Counted from the first letter of the whole stretch, positions 25,247-38,613 are shown. The stretch: 63,967 bases of DNA, filler included, from Reticulomyxa filosa (GCA_000512085.1; 25 parts of 25 records of this genome joined end to end with filler, not necessarily neighbours in it); one strand, 5' to 3'. The notes: generated from the sequence alone by a model not told the origin. Made by a program: numbers and translations.

Positions 25247-26696
25247 GGCGGCCCCAGCCTTCCTCGAACGAGAAGACGCCGGCCAGACAGGCCGCCACGA
25301 ATTCGCCGACGCTATGGCCCACCATGGCGTCCGGCTGGAGGCCCCAGGACATCCAAAGCCTGGCCAGGGCATATTCGAAGATGAACAGTGCCGGCTGTGT
25401 CAGCAGGGTTCCATCGCCACCGGTCGCTGCAGTATCGAGAAGCTGTGCGCGCAGCTCGGCGCCCACGATTGGCGCCGCGATGACAATGCCTTCGTCGACG
25501 ATGGCTCTGAAAGAGGCGTGTTGATCGTAGAGGACCCGCGCCATACCGGGGTACTGCGCGCCCTGTCCGGGAAACATGAAGATCAGGGGCGCGCGCGGGC
25601 CGCTTCCCGGCGGGGGCAAGGCCCGCAATGCCTCGATCGCCTCTTCGCGGGAGGAACATGCGATGGCGGCACGGTGGTCGAAGACACGCCGACCGGCCTG
25701 CAGCGTATAGGCGACATCCGCGATCGCCGTCTCCGTGTTCCGCGCCAGATCGTTCGCCAGTGCAGTCGCTGCGGCGGACAGAGCCGCAGCGCTCTTCGCG
25801 GAAAGCGGTAGCACATGACGGCGCGGCGTTGCCGTCCGCGCCTGTACGACGGGCGGCGCTTCCTCGAGCACGATGTGCACGTTGGTACCGCCAACACCGA
25901 ACGAACTCACGCCGGCCCGCCGTGGCGTGATGCCCTGCGGCCACGAGACGGGTGCGGTCGGAAAGTAGAAGGGCGTGCCGGCGAGCTCGATGTGCGGGTT
26001 CGGCTTGTGAAAGTTCGCCAGCGGCGGGATTTCCCGATGGTGCAGCGCAAGCGCCGCCTTCATGAGGCCGGCCACGCCGGAGGCAACGTCGAGATGTCCC
26101 ACGTTCGCCTTGACGGAGCCCAACGCACAATAGGGACTGTCGACCGGATTCGATCCGAAGCCGCGGACCAGTCCGGCGAACTCGATGGGATCGCCGAGCG
26201 GCGTCGCTGTCCCATGGCACTCGACATAGCCGATCGAGTTCGCCTCGACGTCGGATGCCGCGAGCGCCGAGGCGATGACATCCGCCTGGCCGCGGATGCT
26301 GGGCGCCGTGAAGCCCACCTTGTCGCTGCCGTCATTGTTGACGGCACTGCCGCGAATGGCGGCATAGATGCGGTCGCCGTCTTCGATGGCTTCGGCGAGG
26401 CGTTTCAGCAGCACGATCCCGGCGCCATCGCCAAATATCGTGCCGCCGCCTTCGGCATCGAACGGGCGGCAGACTCCGTCCGGCGACACCATGCCGCCTG
26501 CCTGATGAAGGTAACCGCGCTTCTGCGGGAACGTGATCGAGACTCCGCCCGCGAGCGCCATGTCCGATTGATGCAGCAGCAGGCTTTGGCAGGCCTGCGC
26601 AATGGCCAGCAGCGATGTCGAGCACGCGCTCTGCACCGTCATCGCCGGTCCGCGCAGGTTCAACTTGTAGGAGATGCGCGTTGCCAGCGTATCCGC
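25247..26696 (-). CDS. Bacterial type I polyketide synthase fragment (KS-linker-AT), hybrid NRPS/PKS-type KS; partial at both ends
   Basis: ATRISYKLNLRGP, VQSACSTS (active Cys), ECHGTATPLGDPIE, KANVGHLDVASG, SSFGVGGTNVH; AT motifs FMFPGQGAQ and GHSVGE; very high GC. Confidence 0.95.
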
Positions 26697-28681
26697 GNNN
26701 NNNNNNNNNNNNNNNNNNNNNNNNNNNNNNNNNNNNNNNNNTTAATTAATTAANNNNNNNNNNNNNNNNNNNNNNNNNNNNNNNNNNNNNNNNNNNNCCA
26801 TTATTTTCCTTATTTCATTGTTATTGTGATTGTTGTTATTACAATTATGATTTGCTTGAAAAGGTAGTACTACTTGTATATCGAGCATTATTACTCACAT
26901 TCGGTGAGTTGTCCATTCAATGAAAGGAGTTTGGCAAATATGTAACTCGACTCTCATCCATTCTATTCAATCTGCTCTTGTTCGTTGTTAATGCTTGCTT
27001 ATTCCTTGTTCTCTCGTCATTTGTCATTATTAGTCTTTTTCTTTACCTACTGTTCGTTGTTTTTGTGACCCAGTTTTATGTCCAGTATTTTTTTTTAGCA
27101 GAGACAGAGAAAAACAAAGTTACAAAGTAGTATTCAATTAGGAACGAAATGAAACAATTTCGACTATTGCAAAAAGCTCTTTTTCAAAAATTTCCCCTTT
27201 TTTATTGCAAAAACAAAGGAAACAAAACTTCTTTCAACTTGGGAAAAAAAAGATCAATATTTATGAGGTATTAATAATATTCAATGATAATTTTTTATTG
27301 AATTACAAATAATCAATAACAGTTGAACGAATCCCTTTTTCTCAAAAACAAAGTACATGAAATTCACTTGTCAATTTCCTTTTCCTTTTTTTGTCTCCTT
27401 CAGACAGTCCTTTTCAGCCTCATTTGTTGTTCTCATAGGTCATTTCTTGGAGGAGCAAACAGCTTTCTACGCGTTTTCAGTCATTCACACTAACAACTGG
27501 ACATAAACAATATAAAAAGTTTGATCGCAAAAACTTTTTGATAGATTCATACGCATATTATATTGCATATACTTTCAAATGTGTGTGTAGATGACCAAAA
27601 AGAAAGATGAGTTGTTTTTTTTTAAATAAAACAAACAACAATTAATAATCCAACAATGTTCTCCTTTGATCAATTTCCCATTCACACTCTATCTTCTTTT
27701 GTCATTTAATTCAAGCCTAACAGCCGCAATAGTCCTTGTTTGTTGTGTTTATTGTATTTGTTTTTTTAAAAAAATGTAATTGTGATTTTTGTTTGATTTT
27801 ATTCTCACAACAATTATGTAATACTTTTTTAAAAATCCTGTTTGACTCATACACAAGAAATAATGAATTAAAAAAATAAAAATACAGAATTTCAATTGAT
27901 ATGTCATTGAGGGAGTAACAAAACAGTACCAAAAATAAAAGTAATTGCATGAACAAAATGGTCTTGGTAAACTTTAAAAAAAATATGTAATCAAGTAAAG
28001 GCATTGCGCACTGCAAGCGTACCACCTATTTTAACTAAACGGAATTTTAAATACTGCCTCAGAAACAAATTTCTTCCTTTCTTTTTCAATGAAAGAACAC
28101 ATAAAAGTTTTCCAATACGGAAACGCAAGACATCAAGAATGACCAACACAAAGTCAGAATATATTATTATATTTCGTTCATATACAAAAATGTAATCTCA
28201 TCACTTATGCTAAAATAACACCTCTTGCACTATCTACATTAAATATCATACATTATGCATATTCATTGACATTGAGGCACAATTGTACCTGTTTTATTCA
28301 ATTGAAAAATCTGAAAAATTTTTATCTAATCTCAATGCTAACATGATGCAAAAATACTTCTTAATTCTTTGTGATTTACAATTTGGTGGAAAACATTGGT
28401 AATTATGGATTATTTGAATTTGTACATTCTTTTTAAAAAAAATTCGTGAAGTTGTATTTGTAAAGGAAATGACTGCACTGAAACGTGTGACGACAAAACA
28501 AACGAGCACAAATTGAAACTTTGTGAAAAAATGTTTTGGACGACTTAGAACATAACATATGTGAGGAGAAGACTCATGCTAAGCAGAAGGCTCAACAGTT
28601 TATGTTGATTCCATGTTTTTAAATTTTTTGATAAACAAGCAAATGGTGGAACTTTTGAGAATAACAGTCAGATTCGATATG

Positions 28682-29915
28682 CTCAGAAGTAACAAGTTAC
28701 TATATATTTCAACAACGTACAATGATAAAAAAAACTTTACAAGATGAAAAAACAAACAAACGGAAAGACGGTGAACTTGTTTAATACTCTTTTGTGTCCT
28801 CGTCTGTTTGTGGTTGCAGTGAAGATGAGAAAAAAAGCAAACTCTTTTCCACCTTTGCTGTTTGTAATTACCCAAATTTAATTTTTCTTTTCTTTCCAAT
28901 GCCAAAATTTCTTGTTCAAAATATTCTGAAGCAATTGCTTTTCTTTTTTTTTCTCCATCAAATCATTCTCGAATTTCATTTTATACATCGTCGCAACTTG
29001 CGTGTGCATAGTTTGTACAAACTGCAAAAAATTTTGCGATGACTCCTTCTTAAATTTTTCGTTTATTACGTACTGTTATTTCTTTCTTCAATTATCACAT
29101 CCACTTGTTTGACGTTCGTCGATGTTGGATCGCTTCAAAGATTCTTTCATATTTGAAGTTATGAACTGCCAAGGAGTTACTCTCCTTTGTTTTAAGCGAG
29201 GAACTCTCAAAATTTCTGCTACACACCATTTTTAACATTACTCGAAGGGGGCCACCCCTAGATCAAACAAAATAAGTGAACGAAAACTTCGATTTTTGAT
29301 AAAATAAGTTCAAAAAATGTTAATTTGTTAAATTTTTTTTAAAAATATATAAGCGATTCATTTTATTTTCAATTTAACTGTTTTTTTTCTATTTTTCAAC
29401 AGTGTTTCTGGAAGAACTTTTAAAAAACTAGCTGTTTTTCGCGTTCATTTAAAATGTTTCCTTTGTGAAAAGTTCTTGAAATGTGTCACAATACTTGGCA
29501 TTACGGAGCAAACAACGATATTCATCGCAATCTTTGGAATGTAAAAAAATAGCAAATGTGTTGTCACTTTAGCGCCTTTCCAAAAAAAACAAATTGTGAT
29601 CTGCCATTTTTCATTTTGTTTTGTATCCGAAAAGAGTGTGTCCCCATGAAGAAGGGATAAGATTGTTCGATTGTGTTTTCCAAAATGCGGACATTTCAAT
29701 GAAGTACATCCAGTATTGAATACATTATCAACCCTGCCGTTTTGACTTCAATTTGATAAATGTACTCAGAAGTAACAGCCACTATATATTTCGGCAACGT
29801 GCAATGATCAGAAAAAAAATCTTCACAGTGGTGAAAGAACAAATAAACGGAAAGACAGTAGACTTGTTTAATCTTCTTTTGTGTTCTAGTCTGTTGCACG
29901 TGTTTGTGGCTGCTG
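28682..29915. repeat. Diverged direct repeat of ~140-150 bp (28682-28820 and 29764-29915)
   Basis: Both copies share ctcagaagtaaca..actatatatttc..caacgt.caatgat..aacggaaagac.gt..acttgtttaat..tcttttgtgt. Confidence 0.75.
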
Positions 29916-31400
29916 CTTGCTTTTTTCTCGTTCACTCTCTTTTTCTTCTTTTCTACCTTTCTTTGTGTATCCATAGCATACTCAATCTCTCTTCCAGCCT
30001 TCTTATTGCATCAGTCACAATAGTTGTTTCAAAAAGGTCAGAGCCTTTCAATCATTCCTTTTGTTCAGCTGTCACTTTGAAAGTTTCAGCATAGATATTA
30101 TTTTCAATTGTTGAGATGATGTTGCATCAACTCCCCTTCGTTTCGACTATTCAAGAGCGGATTAGTCACCTTGATTGACAGTCATTTGCGTATCTCCGCT
30201 TTCATTTTCTACCGATATATACGTGTCAATAAAAACGTTTTTGTTTGCATACGCTAAAAAAAAAANNNNNNNNNNNNNNNNNNNNNNNNNNNNNNNNNNN
30301 NNNNNNNNNTTAATTAATTAANNNNNNNNNNNNNNNNNNNNNNNNNNNNNNNNNNNNNNNNNNNNAAAAAAAAAAAGAAACAAAAACATCATGTAAATAC
30401 TTTGAAGAAGTATGGAAGTACTGAGTGGGATGAACAAAAATTAAGAGCAAAACAAAGAGTCAAAGAACTGACTGAATTGCATGAGGAATAAAAATAGTTT
30501 TGTGTTTGTACAAGTTCATATTTCATCAATTAAACTATGCAAAAAAAATGTGCTTTTATTTTGAAATTTTTCACATGTCTTTCTATTGGCTTTTTTTTTG
30601 GAAAGATGTCACTGCAAAATTTTCACCGTTGTGAAGATGGGTGTACAATATCAACCTGGATATTGTCAATGCAGGAGAGATCATAATAGACAAGCGTGTT
30701 TGTTTGGGCCGTGATGACAGTACTTTTTTTCAAATGATGTCGTTATTTTAAGGCCTTGTGTTCACACTGGCTAGCTTCTTTCTTTTTTCGGCTGTTGCAG
30801 TTTTGCAAAGGAGTGCAGTGGTGAAGGAACTCTCCATGTTGTAGACGTTTATATTGTTAGTTTGTTTGAAGAGAGAAGAACCAAAACCATATTCGTAGTG
30901 CACAAGAGAACATTTTCTAAAAATGGAAAATTTTTTCTCTGGTAGAGAAAAATCACTTCTCAAAAAAAAGTAAGTATTCATTCCAAAAAAAAAAAATTTA
31001 ATTTTTAATTATCTGTGGTTAATTTGTTTTTGGAATCACGATTGTAGAACTACAAATAAAATAATATACAAAATTTTAGCAATTCTTTTTTTCAAGTTGT
31101 TTTGTCAAAAATGTCAAAATATTTCAAAAAATTGCAGTTTTGGAATAAACTTTTGTGAGTTGTGTTAACGTCTTACTAAAAAAAAGGGCTTTTTTTTTTG
31201 TTGTTGTTTGTCGTACCAGCCCGAAATTAGGGTGATAACGCCCTCTCCACTACTAGTATGTCTTTTAAATATTTTTTTCTAACTTTTCAACTTAAAAAAG
31301 TGATTTGTTTTTCTTTTGAACAGCTGCCCACTTTGAAAAAAAAAATGAATGATTTTTTTATGGATGCTGTTCATCCTTCACAAAAGAAAAAAAAAATTGG

Positions 31401-31660
31401 ATCTGGGGTAAGGCCCCCCGTCTCCGCAAGGAGTAAAACAGGTTTGGTATATGTATTTGTATATATTTTTTTTTGACAAATTAACTTGTGTTTTTGTCAA
31501 TAACAGCCGCAGCCCATCTATCAAAAAAAAAACTTTGAATCTGGGGTAAGGCCCCCCGTCTCCGCAAGGAGAAGTAAAGGTCTGTTATATTTATATAAAT
31601 TTTTTTTTTGATAAATTAAATTTGTTTTCTTTAAATAACAGCCGCAGCCCGTCCAAAAAA
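31401..31660 (+). repeat. Tandem duplication of an exon+intron unit, period ~138 bp
   Basis: ATCTGGGGTAAGGCCCCCCGTCTCCGCAAGGAG at 31401 and 31539, each followed by a GT...AATAACAG intron and CCGCAGCCC. Confidence 0.75.
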
Positions 31661-32359
31661 AAAAGTATACGTCCCCTCCAAAGAAAAACTTAGGTGTTGA
31701 AGAAACCCAGCATTTGAAAAAATAAAATAATTTGTATTTATTTTTTTTTTATATTTTTTTTAATCAAATGTTTGTTTGTCAATAGGCATGCCCCCTTCAA
31801 AAAAAAATTGTTTGCCCCCCCCTTCACCGTGACAAAAAAAAAATATGTTATTGGAATAGGAGCTTTTAGCTCCACAGCAAAGTATGTTGTTTTTTTTCTT
31901 TAAAAAATCAAAAATCTATTTAATTTGTGGTTATGTTTATATGAGTCAAGGGTCAATACATGATTGGAAAGTTTATTTTATTTTATTTTTTTATTTTTTA
32001 TTTTTGTTTAAGAGATAGTGATATGGAAGATTTGGGAAAAGAAAAGGGATGAGGAAAATAGTATGGAAAAAAGTGGAAAAATAAAGTGAGCAAAAGGGGA
32101 TAAAAAATTTTGTTAAAGAAAAATGAAAAAAAATGAATGGAAAATGAGAAGAAAAAAGAAAAAGAAAGTTGGAAATGGATTTGACAGAGGCCTTTGAAAT
32201 CAACTATCATTACGGCGAAATCGACGATATGGTCAGACGCAAGTCGAGCACGACTGGCGATGCGTCAAAACGAAGAAAAAAGATCACATGGCTGTTGTCA
32301 GTGATGCTGGGCCAGTGGACTTTTCAAGAGATTTGCCTAGTGACAAGACGACTACTCAT

Positions 32360-32790
32360 TTCAAAGTTGGAGATAAAATTTAGTTATCACACGCAACATT
32401 TGTGTCATTCGTTTTATTGACGGCGCTATTGGAACAGTTCGTTTATCGGAAAAACCGATTTTTCCAAGATCAATTCGCCATTAGTATCAAGCTGGATGGT
32501 GGCAGCACATCTGCAAACAATGGAAGTGTGATTGCATGCTTTGCTGCTTGAGGCTGGGTTCCGTCCTAATGGCCCAGTTCTCCAATTCGTTCAAAATTGC
32601 AAAGTATCAGTCTTTGAATTTGAATAATTTATTGTCATTCAAAGTTGTGGCAAAGTAAAAACTGACTCGTCGCAATATTGGGCGAGGTCAAGTTCATTGG
32701 ACTTTAGCAAAGGTGATGAAGTGATCGGTTTGTAGTTGGCTCAATGGACATAGGGGCTCATGACGGAAAAGTCAATGATATGGAAGTAGC
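32360..32790 (+). pseudogene. Decayed gene with two tandem CAP-Gly domains
   Basis: Reading across frameshifts and stops gives FKVGDKI...GTVR(F)IGKTDFS...ISIKLD...ANNGSV and EVKFIG..DFSKGDEVIGL*L.QWT*GAHDGKV, matching CAP-Gly GxVxFxGxTxF..GxELD..GxNDGSV. Confidence 0.72.
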
Positions 32791-33787
32791 AGACGACGAT
32801 TGGATCCAAGAAACAAAAATACCAAAGTTTACAACTGTGTTGAATTGGATCGTGGTCGTAAAGGTGTTGTAAAATAAATGACTTTAGTTGCGGCGAAGAA
32901 ATGTCGGGAATCGAATTTGATGATTGGTGGATCAATGATTATGATAGAATAAATATTTCCAAGTTCACTAAAAAAAAGCCTATCTTTATTTTGTATTACC
33001 ATATTTGTGTGTGTTTCAATACAGTATGCTGAAACAGTATATACTTTGCCAGTCGACGTTCAGTGGCAAACATGATAGTGAAAAACGTGAAGGAGGACCC
33101 ACGAAAGAAGAACAAATGTTTTCGAAGCTGGAGTATTCAAGACATTGAAAAAACTTAGCCAACAATAAACCATCGCATAAAAATCAAATCGAAAAGGCAA
33201 ATTCAAAGAAAATTTGCATAATTTGGAAATGGAACTAATTATACAAACGCAAGACAATAGCCGAAACGCGCAGATTGGGGCATACGTGTCGAAACTATTC
33301 GTGTGTGCGCACATGCTCAAATTTGTGTTTTGAATCATGCGCGTGCTGATGGAAGGAATCACAAGCCCCCTCCCCGGCGGGCGACATCGAGCATTGCGCA
33401 TTTTCAAACATGGACGAACATAGTGCGCACTCTCTCTCCCTTCACAATGGAAGTTGTTGCAATGGTGTGAATGTCAAGCGTAGTCCAATGACGATAGCGA
33501 CGAAATGAAGTCCGTTCAATCTTTTACTCATTTGTCAATTGTCTAAACCATGGGTGCAGCTGCTGTATTCTACGATTTGATTTTTGGTGTGTGCGCGGGA
33601 GATCTAATGTTGTTCTCTCATTTCAAAAACGTAGTCGTTGTGGATACGAACGAATTGTTCGGTTACCAAAAACCGAATCATTCGGATNNNNNNNNNNNNN
33701 NNNNNNNNNNNNNNNNNNNNNNNNNNNNNNNTTAATTAATTAANNNNNNNNNNNNNNNNNNNNNNNNNNNNNNNNNNNNNNNNNNNN

Positions 33788-35190
33788 CTGGAAATAAAAG
33801 ATCGTGAATGGTACCCAACAACATACAAAACCTGTTTTGTGTGGAGAGGTAGTGTCACTGCACGTGAGCTCAGGTGTAGCAAAGACACGCGAGCAAGCAG
33901 TGGAATTTGTGAATTTGTTGCTTGTGGCGAACGTCTTTGGTCACGTGACAAAAGATCACAGTTCAAAGATGACAACTTGTACTGTCGTTTTGTAATGGAC
34001 AAAGTCAGCCACGGCGAAAAAGAGAAAAACGAGGGGACCTCACAAGACTGGAGCTGGAGAGACTTGGTTCCCGTGCTGTTTCGGACCGAGCAACGAATCA
34101 ACTTGCAAGCCAAAGTCAAAGACTTGTCGTTAGAAGTTGGAAATGCGAAACTTACTGAAAAACAACACGTTTGGCATTTGGTCTATCGATAAGTACAATC
34201 AATGTACATCCAGCCAAATGGATTTTCATTAAGCCAAAGGGCAAATACAACATTGTCGTAATTGGTATTTTAATTTTTTTTTAATTGAAAAAAACAACAT
34301 TTTTTGTATACGTATTTTTTTTTCTGAAAAAAATAAATTGATTGGCTTATTGAGTGCAACTGGCTCATCAGGTTTATGAGACAAAGCGGCGATCATCAAA
34401 GAGTATCTATTCGCTGGAGACTGCCCAAACAGTGGCTGTGTCAAAGGAAAAGTTACTATCGACTTCCCGAAAGGGATGTAAAGAATGCGAAAAATAAGGT
34501 TCATTTTTCTTTTTAATAAAGAAAAAGAAAACTATAAATAATAATTTATACTTGCTCTAAGTATTTTACAAATATATATGTATATATTATATAAGCATAA
34601 AATCACAAGAAATGAACACTTTTGAATGAAAGGGACAAGTGTTGCAATGCAATGTGAATAGAGTAGAGATCTCTCATCAAGATGCTTGTGAACGATTCAC
34701 GAGAATGTATGTGACGGACGTGTTTTTGGAGCATGGAAAATTCATATCGAAAAATAATATACGTCGTTGGCGATTGTTGCACGAGATATCAGTTCACTCA
34801 TATGGTTGATGCAATGGCCAGAATGTTCATTCGCAATGCTATGTTTTTTGGTCGCGCCAAGTACAGTGATTTTGTTATCCTGTGGCGCACGTACACATTT
34901 CCGAAAGTGATACATGTACGAAGGAGATATACAAATCTGTCGCATCGACTATGAAGTGATCAAAGTAGGCTTGGATCACAATGGTAGAACCATTTGCGAA
35001 GATGAGACTGGTGAGTTTGTCAAAATGTTGATCAAAAAAGGATCGGACCAATCTTGTGATGAGCTATTGTTAGCAAAAACGCTGGTGATCAAATCAATGA
35101 AATCACTCTAGCCATTCAAACTAACACCGGACTCAGGTCCTTTGCTGGAGTTATCCATCCTTATCTAATTGTAGGAGAAGCTGTCAAAGT
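33788..35190 (+). pseudogene. Pseudogene of a DEP domain fused to a class I pyridine nucleotide-disulphide oxidoreductase (mercuric reductase/lipoamide dehydrogenase-like)
   Basis: DEP: LEIKDREWYPTTYKTCF..GEVV...TREQAVEFVNLLL...FGHVTKDH/QFKDDNLYCRF. Reductase: NVHPAKW..KGKYNIVVIG, AGDCPNSGCV, IYVVGDCCTRYQFTHMVDAMARMFIRNAMFFG, GVIHPY. Multiple frameshifts, stops and a large internal deletion. Confidence 0.82.
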
Positions 35191-35659
35191 TTTTGGTGTC
35201 ATTTTGTATATTCAGATGAGATGATGTATGAACAAGAAAAGATAAACATATTGGCAGAAGAGGTAAGAAGAGATACTGAACCCACGACCGAAACGATCGA
35301 CAGAATAACACCACGCAATCACAAGTATTGTAGCTTGAAGACAGCTATTGTCAATTGATCTTGTAACAGTTGAGCAGCTTAGACACACCTTCAGAAACGT
35401 GCTTTTCACAAAAACTTTTAACGAACACGATAGCGAATTTTGCACCTCTTGGATAATCGGAAGTGTTTTGCAAATCTTAAGTTCCAATTGTGGATGCACA
35501 CGTCTGCGGNNNNNNNNNNNNNNNNNNNNNNNNNNNNNNNNNNNNNNNNNNNNTTAATTAATTAANNNNNNNNNNNNNNNNNNNNNNNNNNNNNNNNNNN
35601 NNNNNNNNNTTTTTTTAAAAAAACTCAGTTCCCTTTCTCAAAAAAAAAAAAGTCAAAAC

Positions 35660-36001
35660 ATGCTGCAAATGCACCAACAATTGAGAAATATCAATCAAAA
35701 ATTGCCTAAAATGTTCGTACAACCATTGCATCTTATCCGTGAATACACCGCCCTCAGTCTTAGGCAACGCCAAAATATCAACCAAATTTTTGGGGTCTTT
35801 TCGGATCACTTCTTGGATGTACTCCTGATTGGCCAACAGTCCTTGCTTTTTTGAATATGGCTCGCTTGGCCAGTCGAACAGCTCTAAAGCCTTCATTCCT
35901 GGCTTTAGTCGGCGCTTTATCTTTACAACACTTGCATCCTCTGTTTCAGAATCTAACTCATTGTCTTTGAAACCATCTTCATCGACTTCCAAAGTTTTCA
36001 T
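35660..36001 (-). CDS. MOB4: MOB4/phocein (STRIPAK component), first exon
   Basis: KRRLKPGMKALELFDWPSEP...LANQEYIQEVIRKDPKN...WLYEHFRQFLIDISQLLVHLQ matches phocein RRNRPGTKAxDFYNWPDE...AVQQYIQ...WKYEHLRQF. Confidence 0.88.
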
Positions 36002-36247
36002 TTTTTTTTTATAATATATTTTTTGACGGAAGGGTTCAAACTACCTAACAATTAATTTTTTTTTTTTGTACAAAATTTGGCACATAACATAGGCAAATGT
36101 CACAAATAGGAGTTAGTGTATGCAATTAATTTTTTGTAGTTTTTGTCGCCTCCAAAAAAAACTAGAAAAAACGGTAGCTTCTACATCGACTTTTTTTTTT
36201 GTTCTAGTTCCCTATTTAAAATTTCTTGAATAGGTTTGATACGAAAA
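36002..36247. promoter_or_regulatory. Short divergent (putative bidirectional promoter) region between MOB4 and a TPR gene
   Basis: Two ATGs head-to-head about 250 bp apart. Confidence 0.45.
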
Positions 36248-37289
36248 ATGAGCTCAGACAATAAGACACCATACGATGAGGCAACACTAGCAAAAGATAA
36301 AGGAAATAAACTTTTCAAGGATAAGAAGTATAAGGACTCACTGAGAGTTTACAAAGAAGCAATTAGCCACTTAGAGTCATTAACATCACCCACTAATGGA
36401 AATCGTAGCTATACAGACAAGGAGTTGGAGTTGTTGCAAACCTTACATCTAAACAGTGGCAAAAGTCTGTGGTATATGAAGGACTCGTTACAAGGCGTGG
36501 AGCGAGAGATTATTCTCACTCAAGCAGAGGAAGCCGTGGAAAAGTTGTGTACGCTTTTTTTTTTTTTTTTGTCTTTTCACAAGACCGACCCAAAAAAAAA
36601 AAAAAAAGCAGCAGAAAAAAAGCAGAGAGAAAGGGAAGAAACATTCACTCTTTTTTTCTAAAAAAAAAAATCCTTCCCCCCCCCTTTGCCCCCTTTTTTT
36701 TTTTTTTGCAGGATTTATGCAATTAAAAAAAAAAAAGCCCCCTCTTTACTTTGAGAATGTGTAAACATGCACAAAGTGTAATTCTTACAAAAGCAAGATT
36801 TTGCGCAAATGCGCCACTATTTTTCCCAGTGTGCAAATTTGCTCTTTGAACTTTTTCTCCACCAATTTGCGAGACTCAGCTTTTAAGAGGATGATTTTCG
36901 AACACACACACATACATATACATATGTATATACACATACATACACATTATGTGTTGAAATATATAAACATAAAAAAAAAAAATGCAAAAAAGAGCGCTAG
37001 GTCTGTCGAACGCAGGACCAATATATTGGAAAGCCCGACTGTCGATGGCGGAGGTATGGAAAGAAAGGAAGGAATATGATAAAGCATTGCAAGAGCTGAG
37101 CGCGATAATAGATAACAAAGACAAAGCGGACGCGAGAACAGTGGAATCAGCACGGAGCAAACTCAGGATATGGATGGCACAAAAAAAAAAGATGGACACC
37201 AACAAAAGTAATTCTAAGGAAACAATGGAACAAAAGAAGCAAGATACTCAAGACATCGAGGAAACAGCTGACACCATTGCACGTCAAAG
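36248..37289 (+). CDS. TPR-domain protein (co-chaperone-type TPR), multi-exon, partial
   Basis: AKDKGNKLFKDKKYKDSLRVYKEAI, LHLNSG and YWKARLSMAEVWKERKEYDKALQEL TPR helices. Confidence 0.7.
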
Positions 37290-37503
37290 GTTTTTTTTTT
37301 TTTTTTTTTTTTGNNNNNNNNNNNNNNNNNNNNNNNNNNNNNNNNNNNNNNNNNNNNTTAATTAATTAANNNNNNNNNNNNNNNNNNNNNNNNNNNNNNN
37401 NNNNNNNNNNNNNTGACATAGTTGTATTTGTATTTGTATTTGTATTTGCATTCATATTTATATTTTTGAGTGTGAATGTACGTATGTATGTACAACTGAA
37501 CAT

Positions 37504-37940
37504 CTTTGTATGTTTCTTGTCGAATGACTGTAAATTCTGTAATCGATTCGGCGACGGATGGAAACTTGGAGCGGACGTTGAATGCTAACATACGATCCAA
37601 TACATCGTCGTGCATTGACATGGACGACTGATCTTCGACTTTCTTTTCCAATACCTGATTTTTTCTGTTTATTCATTTGTCCATTTGTTTTTGTTGATGA
37701 AGCAAAAATATGCTATCACTACAAATTTGGAGGTTATGCAAACAAAAAATAGAGTCTCTTGGCCTTTCAATTCTCCTCCCATACTAAAACTGTTTCAATT
37801 TGATTAGTGTTTGCAACGCTTCATTTTCGTCACTTGATAATTCGAGGCTTTGTAATTTTGCTAGTTCGTCTTGCAGTTGTTTTGGAGTTGGCGTGGTCTT
37901 GTTCGTCAACAATTTGATTAGATCCATTACTATGCTCCAT
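37504..37940 (-). CDS. Exons of a hypothetical coiled-coil protein
   Basis: Coding-like segments (KQLQDELAKLQSLE; HDDVLDRMLAFNVRSKFP) separated by intron-like tracts. Confidence 0.35.
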
Positions 37941-38613
37941 TTCGTTTTCTTGTTTTCTCTACCCGTGATATTCGATATGAACTTTGTTATTTTGCCCCTG
38001 TGTTTTGTTTGGTCTTAGACTAGTCCTTTCATTATGCTGGATATGAACACAAACAACAAATGATCATTCAAATCACTAAACTCTTTTTTTACATGTTCCT
38101 TTTCTGACTTTTCTTTTTCTAATTTCTCTTTTTTGAGCCTGGTGGGATATGTGCATATATATATACTTGGTACATAGGTGTCTAAATATGTGCATCAATC
38201 TCAGATGTTCCACTTTATTTTTTTTTTCTTACAAAACTTTATTTCAAGTATCTTGTTGATAATGTGTTTTTCTTCCTCAGACAATTTTGATTCAGCCACT
38301 TGCTGAGGTGACAGATCTGATTTAAAAATATCGAACACAGTCGTTTTGAACAATGATGTCTCTGTTTGTTCACTCATCTCTCACTAATCAGTTGTCAGTC
38401 ACTCCAATTTTTTCTTTTTGCTCCTTGAACATTTTTGAGGTGTTGATTGCAAACAAATTTTAGTTTTTAAGCGTAAGGTAAATTTGCGGAAAAAGTGAAA
38501 GCGAAGAAAAAGAGTAAAGACTCTCGGACAGAGCTTCAAAAGTATTCCCAAGGGAAAAGGCTGTTGTGCTTCTAAGAACTGAGCAAACATAAAAAAAAAT
38601 ACTTGCATTATAA

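Noticed and set aside
25312-26753. Long alternative-frame and antisense ORFs over the PKS
   Set aside because: Shadow ORFs expected in high-GC coding DNA.
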